Positions 56,613 to 64,000 of a DNA stretch of 64,000 nt are shown here, piece after piece. Numbering within the stretch: position 1 is the stretch's first letter; the number at the start of each line of letters is the position of its first letter. The stretch comes from an uncultured Desulfobacteraceae bacterium (GTDB taxonomy: Bacteria > Desulfobacterota > DSM-4660 > Desulfatiglandales > HGW-15). Below the pieces are notes generated by a model. It was not told where the DNA came from. It ran no database searches and saw nothing but the letters and a program-made list of their open reading frames with translations. The stretch covers positions 985 to 64,984 of the forward strand of contig CAYQNR010000006.1 in assembly GCA_964418945.1 (NCBI GenBank). Reading direction: 5' to 3'. Made by a program: the position numbers and the translations under genes.

Positions 56613-58433
56613 TTAAAGCTCCCAGGTAACCCTCAGGACCTCCTGATAGGTGGTGGTGCCGTCCAGCAGTTTTTTAACGGCATTTTCCCTCAGGGTTACC
56701 ATGCCTTCTTTCTGGGCGCGGTCCCGGATCTTTTTCATATCAGTCTCCGGATCAATAATGCCTTGGATGGATTCCGTTACGGGCAGGACTTCATGGATGC
56801 CGGTCCTTCCGAAATAGCCTGTGCCGCGGCATTTGAGACAGCCTTTGCCCCTGAAGAGTTCCACCTTGCCGCTCTTTCCTATATCCAGTCCCAGAGACGC
56901 CAGATCGGAGGCCTCCATTTCAAAGGTTTCTTTGCAGTGGGGACATATCTTCTTGACCAGTCTCTGTGCCAGTATTCCGGCCAGAGTCGCCTTGATAAGA
57001 AATGCTGGTATGCCCAGATCCAATAGCCGGGTAATGGATGACGACGCGTCGTTGGTATGAAGGGTGGACAGCACGAGATGACCGGTAAGAGCGGCCTGTA
57101 TGGCGTTTTGAGCGGTCTCCATGTCTCTCATCTCGCCGATCATGATAATATCGGGGTCCTGCCTTAAGATATTCCTGAGTATGGACGCGAAGGTAATCCC
57201 TACCAAGGGCTGGACCGCGATCTGATTGAATGCATCATAGACCATCTCGATGGGATCCTCCACAGTGGTTATATTGATATCGGGTGTGGAGAGATACCTG
57301 AGCGTAGAGTACAAAGTGGTGGATTTGCCGCTGCCCGTGGGGCCGCAGACCAGTATAATCCCATGGGGCAGATTTATGAATTGCTGATACCGGATGAGGT
57401 CCATGGGGGTGAAGCCGAGATTTTCCAGGTTCTGAAAAAGGATTTCCGGATCCATGATTCTCATGACCATTTTTTCTCCGAAGGCCACGGGTATGGACGA
57501 AACCCTGATCTCCGATTCGATGCCTTCCTTTTCCATCTTTATACGGCCGTCCTGAGGCCTTCGCTTTTCCGCCATATCCAGGCGGGCAATAGTCTTGATC
57601 CTGCTGGTGATGGCGGGGTGGACGGTTTTAGGGAGTTCGTGCACAGTGTGCAGAGCACCGTCTATCCTGAACCGGACAATACTTTTTTCCCTCTTCGGCT
57701 CAATATGTATATCGCTCGCCCTCTGGTCAAAGGCGTAACTGAACAGGTGGTCGACAGCATTCACGATATGCTGATCATCGGAGAGGAGATCTTCCGGGGA
57801 ACGGAGACGCACGAACTGCTCCAGGTTGCCCAGGTCCAGGGAAGGCCCCGCGAACTGGGTCTCGGCCGCCATTATGGAACGCTTGAAACCGTAGAATTCA
57901 CCGATCAGCTTTATAATATCCGTCTTGGTGCTGATCACAGGATTGACTTTCATGTGGCTTACCTGGGCTATATCACCCATTGCCTCCATATCAAAGGGGT
58001 TTGGAGTGGCCACGGTCATGTATCCGTTACCTACCTCAATAGGCAGCACGAGGTGCTTCATGGCGAAGGTATGGGGTATGGTCTTTGTAATTAGGTCCAG
58101 GTTAAGCGTCAGTGGATCGATCTTTTTGTAGGGAATCTTCCAGACTTTGGCAAGGACCTGAAAGATGGTCTCTTCATCCAATACCTTGGAGCTGTCATCG
58201 GCCCTTTTCAGTTCCAGAGAGGCTATGATATCCACTATGGTTACGGGGCTTTCCATCCTTGTCTTGGACCCTGAAGAGCCGCCCCTCATAGCCTTTATCT
58301 GCTTAAGCTTGGATCTGATCTGATTTTTCTTTACCTGGATCTCCTTGTGCTGCGCTTCGTCTATCAGGCCTGTCTTCAGGAGAATGCTGCAGATATTGTC
58401 GTCGGTAAATTTATTGATATTCTTGCTGGGCAT
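56613..58433 (-). CDS. GspE/PilB-family secretion ATPase (type IV pilus / T2SS assembly ATPase)
   Basis: A T2SSE_N domain is present. Walker A is GPTGSGKSTT, with Asp and His boxes and the tetra-Cys motif CPHC...CLKCRGTG. Confidence 0.85.
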   Translation of the reverse strand: MPSKNINKFTDDNICSILLKTGLIDEAQHKEIQVKKNQIRSKLKQIKAMRGGSSGSKTRMESPVTIVDIIASLELKRADDSSKVLDEETIFQVLAKVWKIPYKKIDPLTLNLDLITKTIPHTFAMKHLVLPIEVGNGYMTVATPNPFDMEAMGDIAQVSHMKVNPVISTKTDIIKLIGEFYGFKRSIMAAETQFAGPSLDLGNLEQFVRLRSPEDLLSDDQHIVNAVDHLFSYAFDQRASDIHIEPKREKSIVRFRIDGALHTVHELPKTVHPAITSRIKTIARLDMAEKRRPQDGRIKMEKEGIESEIRVSSIPVAFGEKMVMRIMDPEILFQNLENLGFTPMDLIRYQQFINLPHGIILVCGPTGSGKSTTLYSTLRYLSTPDINITTVEDPIEMVYDAFNQIAVQPLVGITFASILRNILRQDPDIIMIGEMRDMETAQNAIQAALTGHLVLSTLHTNDASSSITRLLDLGIPAFLIKATLAGILAQRLVKKICPHCKETFEMEASDLASLGLDIGKSGKVELFRGKGCLKCRGTGYFGRTGIHEVLPVTESIQGIIDPETDMKKIRDRAQKEGMVTLRENAVKKLLDGTTTYQEVLRVTWEL

Positions 58434-58823
58434 AAGAGATTCCCGTATAAGAGTTTCTTAGATTTGGAGAGTAGTTTACTACTAAGATGGGGCTTATGGC
58501 AAATAAATTTTGGTTTTTCCCCCAAAGCAATCGATCCTTTGTATCCTGACTGAAATGACGAATATCAAAGAAGATGCCCTGGGTTCTTCGATCGAGTCGA
58601 AGAATGACGTAAAATGCTGGATTTTGGGGGCAAGCTGCGGAATGACAGTGGTAGACTGCCTTCTGATTTCTTGATCTTCTGATTTTCTGATTCTCTGAGG
58701 ATCTATATTTTGTGGTTTGAGCCTTCAGCTTTAAACTTTGAGCTTTTAACCTGTTCCCTATGAGCTATCAGCTATGAGCTAATTCGGCTCTGACCTCTGT
58801 TTTTTGCTCTCTATCCTTTGCTT

Positions 58824-59561
58824 CTATTCTTCCTCGTGACCCCGGATCTTTTTGAGGGCCTCCATACTTGCCTCGTGTTCCGGATCTATCTCCAGGGCCT
58901 TGGAATAAGTTTCTTCAGCCTTTCTTAAGAGTTCAACATCGTTTTGTTCCGACGCAAGGAGATGGTATACGTTCCCCATCCCGTAATATGAATATGCAGT
59001 CTCAGGGTCATAGTTAAGGGCCATTTCAAAGTATGTCAGGGCGTTTTCATACTCCTCGTTTTCAACACATTCAAAGGCCTTGTGGTTATATTCATAGACT
59101 ATATTATCTTTAATGCTATTTAAAAATTCTTCCTGAGTCATATCCGTATCCGAAAAGGGGTGTATCCTCCTGGGCTCGGTATTAAAGGAAGGAATAAACA
59201 CAAGAAATGCCGGGTAGCGTGTAATATTGTATTCGGAGGCAATGGCGCTTTCAGTTTCTCCTTCATCAGGATTAATATGGACCTTGGGGAGCTCTTCCAG
59301 GAATTCATTAATCTCATAATCAGCCAAGTATTCATTTTTCATCCTATCGTTCCATGTGGATGAATCTAGATGAAAGTATAAAATCAATGGCTTTTCTTCT
59401 TCTTGTGCGGTATTAAGGGCCAGATCATAGCCCAAGCCACCGGTTCCCCAACCGTAAAAACCATAATAGGGGAAAGCTCTTGTGGCGAGAGAAAGGTTTA
59501 TCAATAAACCCAATACCGTGATGAACAGCGTTGGTCTTGAAAAGGGATTGCTGCGAATCAT
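58824..59561 (-). CDS. Membrane-anchored/secreted TPR protein with possible degenerate thioredoxin-like N-domain (no CxxC)
   Basis: A hydrophobic N-terminus is present. PLILYFHLDSSTWNDRM occupies the position of a Trx active site but lacks Cys. The C-terminus has TPR-like units. Confidence 0.45.
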   Translation of the reverse strand: MIRSNPFSRPTLFITVLGLLINLSLATRAFPYYGFYGWGTGGLGYDLALNTAQEEEKPLILYFHLDSSTWNDRMKNEYLADYEINEFLEELPKVHINPDEGETESAIASEYNITRYPAFLVFIPSFNTEPRRIHPFSDTDMTQEEFLNSIKDNIVYEYNHKAFECVENEEYENALTYFEMALNYDPETAYSYYGMGNVYHLLASEQNDVELLRKAEETYSKALEIDPEHEASMEALKKIRGHEEE

Positions 59562-59673
59562 CTATTACCTCCGGCCTATTCAAAGATAGTGCCTCTATAG
59601 AGTATCAAAGATAGGGCCTCAATCAGTTGAAAGTTATGCCGCTGGAACAAACCAGCAGAATGAAAAATGGATA

Positions 59674-60105
59674 TTATCTCTTAATAACGATTAGCCACAT
59701 GGAAGTTATGGTCTTCTCCGAATCTAAGACATATCCGACTCGATCACCTTCCTTGAATAAGGCGCCGGGTGCATTCTCAAAAGTCGGCGTGTGGTACTCC
59801 GTAGACGGAGAGATTGTAAACTCCGAGTCATCAATGACAACTCTGTCGTCTCTAATCGCTATTTCATTGATATACCCCATCCCATCGAATCCCTCGGCAG
59901 GATAATAATCGGGCATTTTCCATTCCGGTTTTACTTTGTTCCTTATTTTGTCCGATCTCTGTTCCGGCGCCGGATCCTCGGGCTGTTCGGCCTCGGAGCC
60001 ATGGCCGTTGTTTGTGATGCTTGCAATGCCTAAAAAAAGAATAACACAAAACAAACATAGCAATCCGCTAATCCGGGCTGTGAGAGATTTATCAACCTTA
60101 TGCAT
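59674..60105 (-). CDS. Small membrane-anchored/secreted protein of unknown function
   Basis: 143 aa with an N-terminal hydrophobic helix. It lies directly downstream of the PilY1-like gene. Confidence 0.4.
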   Translation of the reverse strand: MHKVDKSLTARISGLLCLFCVILFLGIASITNNGHGSEAEQPEDPAPEQRSDKIRNKVKPEWKMPDYYPAEGFDGMGYINEIAIRDDRVVIDDSEFTISPSTEYHTPTFENAPGALFKEGDRVGYVLDSEKTITSMWLIVIKR

Positions 60106-60194
60106 GTCTAATGTCCCCTTTTCAATGGTCTTTTTTCTGTCAACTAATTGGTACTTAAATCCTTGACCCCTTGTATACTAGAACCCTTCTTACA

Positions 60195-63100
60195 TTACTC
60201 ATATTCCTTCCAATAGCTGATGCCTGTTCTTGCCGCCCTTTCTGTCACTGTCTCAATGGTTCCGCGGGAAGAACTGAAGTACTTTACCTCCCTATCTTGA
60301 TCTAACCGAAGGATGGCGGGCGGGAGCAGTCTGCCCGCATGCTCCATTCCGGTAGGGGAAACATAATGGGGTTCTTCCTCTGTCCCGATATTAATAAAGT
60401 CTTGATAATCAATTATACCGTCACTGTTAATATCGAACTGGGGCGTGCTGACCCTGCTTCCAGTAGCAGCCTCCAATTCCATGACAATGGAATCGCCGCC
60501 GGAGCCGCAAGGGGTCTGTTTCGGGACATACCCTATCACCACAAGATTTCCCTCCCTTATAAGTACATCGCTTACCCCCCTCTCTCCGGTTTCCGGAAGA
60601 TCAAAGAACCAACCGACATTTCTGATGGGGTCGGGGTTACCGGTATCGTCGTTGTCGCACGGGAGTCCCCCAAAATCCCCGCAGTCTGTTTCGGCTTCAT
60701 TTGCGGTAGTGGTTTTCCAATCAGGAGTATTGCTGGTAATGACTCTAAGCCTCTGACCGTCGACCACCCAGTAATCGCCATAACAGGAGGTCCCGCCGCT
60801 GGACTCACACGACACGATTGTTTGTTCCAACAGGGTAACCTCGTCCGCCATGTTCGATAATTGAGGAGTTGAACTCCTGTGGAAGGTTCCTATATATTCA
60901 TCATCATCACTATCATCTCCATAATCCCATATGCCGTATATGGTTTGGACACTGGTATCCTGAAGATCGGTGTCTCCGAAATACCTGCCTGTGCCAAATA
61001 GGACAAAGTATCCAAAGCCCGCATCAGGATGTATCATTACATCAGGTTTTGTGGTAATGGGCTGGGCAATTCCGCCGGGGCCTGTTGCCTGGAAAGCCGG
61101 TTTTGGAGTCATTCCATTATAATAGGCGATATCCCAATCAGCGGGGTCACTGGAAGTAAGGTCGAACTTCCACAGGTTACCTTTAAGATCTCCTGTATAG
61201 ACATAATCTACCCTGGAATCAAAGGTCCCTGTTCCCGCTCCGGAAGGCACATCTATAGACACAGGTGTAGAGAGTCCGTTACACCCGCCTTCCTGCGTAT
61301 CTATCTTTTTGAGGAGGGTCCCGGTTATTGCGTCCAGGATAATGAGCTTCGCCAGCCCGGTCTCGCTGTTATACCCATTGCCGAAGATCACGATCCACCT
61401 TGGCTTGGTGGAGTCGGAAGGGTCAGGTGCGTTAGACATAACAATAGCCGGCTTGCTGTATGAATAACCGAGATCATCTCTCTCCGATTCCGGCGTATTT
61501 GCATTAGGATATTCCCACATTACCCTGTCTGCTAAGTTTGTTTCCGATGTGATCGTTGTTGAAAAGTCTTGGTTGGACAGCCCGGATATATCGAGGGCGT
61601 AATAGCCTTTTCCCCCTTTTCCCAGTCCGCCTGCCAGCATGGTGGTTAAGTTCAAGTCCGTCCTGTTTATATATGCCGAAGAAGGAGTCACATCCACAAA
61701 AAAGGCATGGGATTCAAAGCCGTAATTGGGATCAGCGAGATTTACAAGGTTTTGGAAAACAAGGTTAGGCACATAGGCGAATAGCTCCTGGCCTCCTGAT
61801 ATATCCAGACCGTTATCCACGGCAGCAAAGGCATGGAGCATTCCGTCGTTCCCGCCTGTGTAGAGGATTCCGTTCACGTGTAAGGGCGAGGAATGGACAA
61901 TATCTCCGAGCTTCTGGGAACGGGACCTGAATACGCCGCTGTTTTGTTCCTCATTGCTGGAATCACCCCTCAGGAAGTTTATGATACTGGTCACCCCTGA
62001 TGTATCCCAATTATTCTCAAGCAGCGCCTTCTGGTCTTCCGTAAGGTTGGCTTCCCTGAATGGTATGCCTTCTTGGGTAGAGTGCACACTATCATAATAT
62101 GAGGCGACTATCAGCCTGTCATCCCAGTTCAGGCTTTCAAGCTCATCGGCAGCGCTCCACGCATAGGTCTCCATATCGACCTCGCCCGTAATATCATCAA
62201 CATCATAGGCCTTCACATCGCCGGTCCAACCATCACTGTTGTAACTGGCCTGGAACATCTTAATATCCTCAGCGAGTGTCTCGTATAATTCATCTCCGTT
62301 CACCGAAACCGATGAGGCTGATCCTATCCTGCCCTCAATGCTTTGCATGATTGAAAGCAATGAACTGATGAGTTCAGCCGGATTGGATGCGGATAAGAAT
62401 TTACCCCTGCCGTTAACCGCGGCATGCCACATGTCGTCTATATGGTGCTGGTCGGTACCGGAAGAATGATTAGGCCATACAATATATTGACCGGTTTCCT
62501 TGTTTTTAAGATCCTCATCATAGTCGTCGGGATCCAGTGTCCCTGTAACCCCGAATGAGACGGTGTAGGTAACCATATGCTGCCAGTCGGCGGGGTCCGC
62601 GTCGCTTGTGGACAGCAGGTTATCCAGGCCTGAAGACAGGTCGTTCTCATAGTAATACATGGCCACATCGGCTATGGAATTCGAGTATGGGTCCGCATAG
62701 GGAACCCCGTTATCGCCATCCACATTTCCAACGTATGGACTTGACCCGGACTCGTATCCATCCGTCATGAGGATGGCAAATGTCTGTTGACATTCACCTC
62801 CGTTTTCCGCTGTAGTATAAGGAGAGGACCCGATGCCTCCGGTCTTTCCGTCATTCTGGTGAAAATACTGTCCAACGTCCTGAAGACCCCTTCTCAGGGG
62901 AGTCCCCTGGGCCCTAAGCGTAAGATTGTAGAGACTGTTCAGGAGCGTGCCTGATTCTTCCGTGGAGACGACGGGCTGAACCAGATTTCCGTTAATACTG
63001 GAGATCCCTATGTTTACACCCGACATGCTAGTGATTACCTGGGAGATGGCCGCGGTGGCGGTCAGCTCGCGCCTCCGGTAATAGGAGTACCAGTTGGCGA

Positions 63101-64000
63101 AATTCTGTTTTTCCTCGGCATAGGTCCTGCCGGTTACCACATCAGCCGGGGGGCTATCTGTCATCCCTATCTCGCCTTGCTCGATCTTATTATCACCGTC
63201 ATCATTTATGTAATAATACTCTATTTCGCCCGAATCGGCCACAAGGTTTACCAGGTAGGGCCTGCTTTCAGATTCCGACCAGACATAGCAGTGGGAATTC
63301 TTGATACTTATGACAGGCGGCGTGTAGTCGGCTGTCTCGAATTCCACCGCGTCTGCGCAGACCGTGTGATCAAGATCAGGTACGGTATATGTTATGGAGA
63401 CGTTTCCGGATGTGCCGGTGTCAAAATAATACTGCCCAAGTTCCACCCATATGCCGCTGTTCTGCTGCTGATCTACGTTTACGGTAGATTCCATGCCACT
63501 GGTATAGGTAACCTTATACGGCACACTTGTGGAGCGCAGGTAAGTTTCGGAAGAGGCGTCCCATTTTGCATAGACCTTATAGTCCCCTGTTGTCGGAATG
63601 TTGGGGGTCCAGGTCGCGGTGTATTCTATGCCTGCTGTTGGAGTATAGTAATAATGATTTCCATGGGCATAGTCGCTTGTCGCCCAGTCCCATCCCTCTC
63701 CCTCAGGGATAAACTGCACGGCGTCGGCAACTGCCATTTCGTAGTCATCAGTGCAGGTAAAATTAAGCTGCACATTATCGGTGGTACCATCGAATTCATA
63801 ACTGGAGGTGCCCAAGGAGACCCACTTGCCGCCGTCTTGTTCCTGATCAACCGTAAATATATCCGAACCGCCTGCGTGATTAATGGTATAGGGCACAGAA
63901 CTGGAATTTCGCGAACCGTACCAACCCCTATTCTCATCCCACCGGGCCTTTACAGAATACGTCCCTGCGGGAGGGGTCCAGGTAGCAGTATAGGGGGTGC
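60195..64000 (-). CDS. pilY1: PilY1/PilC-like type IV pilus tip adhesin with N-terminal golvesin/Xly-type CBD-like repeats (5' end outside window)
   Basis: The frame stays open to the window edge. There are at least 2 copies of a ~100-aa module ending ...V(A/C)ADAV(Q/E)F. A vWA-like segment follows, then the PilY1 beta-propeller hallmarks KLGDIVHSSP and GGNDGMLHAF. Confidence 0.8.
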   Translation of the reverse strand, partial: TPYTATWTPPAGTYSVKARWDENRGWYGSRNSSSVPYTINHAGGSDIFTVDQEQDGGKWVSLGTSSYEFDGTTDNVQLNFTCTDDYEMAVADAVQFIPEGEGWDWATSDYAHGNHYYYTPTAGIEYTATWTPNIPTTGDYKVYAKWDASSETYLRSTSVPYKVTYTSGMESTVNVDQQQNSGIWVELGQYYFDTGTSGNVSITYTVPDLDHTVCADAVEFETADYTPPVISIKNSHCYVWSESESRPYLVNLVADSGEIEYYYINDDGDNKIEQGEIGMTDSPPADVVTGRTYAEEKQNFANWYSYYRRRELTATAAISQVITSMSGVNIGISSINGNLVQPVVSTEESGTLLNSLYNLTLRAQGTPLRRGLQDVGQYFHQNDGKTGGIGSSPYTTAENGGECQQTFAILMTDGYESGSSPYVGNVDGDNGVPYADPYSNSIADVAMYYYENDLSSGLDNLLSTSDADPADWQHMVTYTVSFGVTGTLDPDDYDEDLKNKETGQYIVWPNHSSGTDQHHIDDMWHAAVNGRGKFLSASNPAELISSLLSIMQSIEGRIGSASSVSVNGDELYETLAEDIKMFQASYNSDGWTGDVKAYDVDDITGEVDMETYAWSAADELESLNWDDRLIVASYYDSVHSTQEGIPFREANLTEDQKALLENNWDTSGVTSIINFLRGDSSNEEQNSGVFRSRSQKLGDIVHSSPLHVNGILYTGGNDGMLHAFAAVDNGLDISGGQELFAYVPNLVFQNLVNLADPNYGFESHAFFVDVTPSSAYINRTDLNLTTMLAGGLGKGGKGYYALDISGLSNQDFSTTITSETNLADRVMWEYPNANTPESERDDLGYSYSKPAIVMSNAPDPSDSTKPRWIVIFGNGYNSETGLAKLIILDAITGTLLKKIDTQEGGCNGLSTPVSIDVPSGAGTGTFDSRVDYVYTGDLKGNLWKFDLTSSDPADWDIAYYNGMTPKPAFQATGPGGIAQPITTKPDVMIHPDAGFGYFVLFGTGRYFGDTDLQDTSVQTIYGIWDYGDDSDDDEYIGTFHRSSTPQLSNMADEVTLLEQTIVSCESSGGTSCYGDYWVVDGQRLRVITSNTPDWKTTTANEAETDCGDFGGLPCDNDDTGNPDPIRNVGWFFDLPETGERGVSDVLIREGNLVVIGYVPKQTPCGSGGDSIVMELEAATGSRVSTPQFDINSDGIIDYQDFINIGTEEEPHYVSPTGMEHAGRLLPPAILRLDQDREVKYFSSSRGTIETVTERAARTGISYWKEYE

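Overview
This 64-kb chromosomal segment most likely comes from a sulfate-reducing Desulfobacterota. It carries a bona fide dsrC with the two C-terminal Cys, and the conserved order ffh-rpsP-KH-rimM-trmD-SPOUT-rplS-rnhB-yraN. Left to right, the window holds: (1) the 3' end of cbiB and a DUF374 gene. (2) A TonB-dependent uptake island at about 1.7-13.2 kb with two TBDRs, a FecCD/BtuCDF-like ABC importer, an FmdE-like protein, a SAM methyltransferase and a periplasmic CXXCH protein; each transcription unit is preceded by an intrinsic terminator. (3) An OM beta-barrel gene. (4) Two tandem Feo loci: dtxR-feoA-feoB is intact, and an upstream paralogous copy has decayed through two frameshifts, a 3' truncation and a MITE insertion. 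(5) An HTH-PBP regulator, an MBL hydrolase and a gamma-CA-like protein. (6) cimA behind an Ile/Leu-rich leader-peptide attenuator. (7) dsrC, an MFS pump, an SDR, and a low-GC islet. (8) DUF72 and cobB. (9) A tonB-exbB-exbD operon carrying a 596-aa DxDxDG-repeat protein. (10) A TPR protein, then GIY-YIG plus a GIY-YIG remnant next to tmRNA-smpB. (11) ptsH-ptsI and rsmI. (12) The ribosomal/SRP operon. (13) ligA, acyP, recN, a PilB/GspE-type ATPase and a giant PilY1-like adhesin that runs off the right edge. The window is unusually rich in palindromic MITE-like repeats: family B has 22-23-bp TIRs and 8-bp target duplications, and families A and C are nested. I found no CRISPR array, rRNA, tRNA, prophage or recognisable defence system. 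The most system-like novelty candidates are the terminator-gated uptake island with unconventional periplasmic partners, and the TonB/ExbBD operon with the Ca-motif repeat protein. All calls rest on reading the translations and the DNA by eye; no database search was run.
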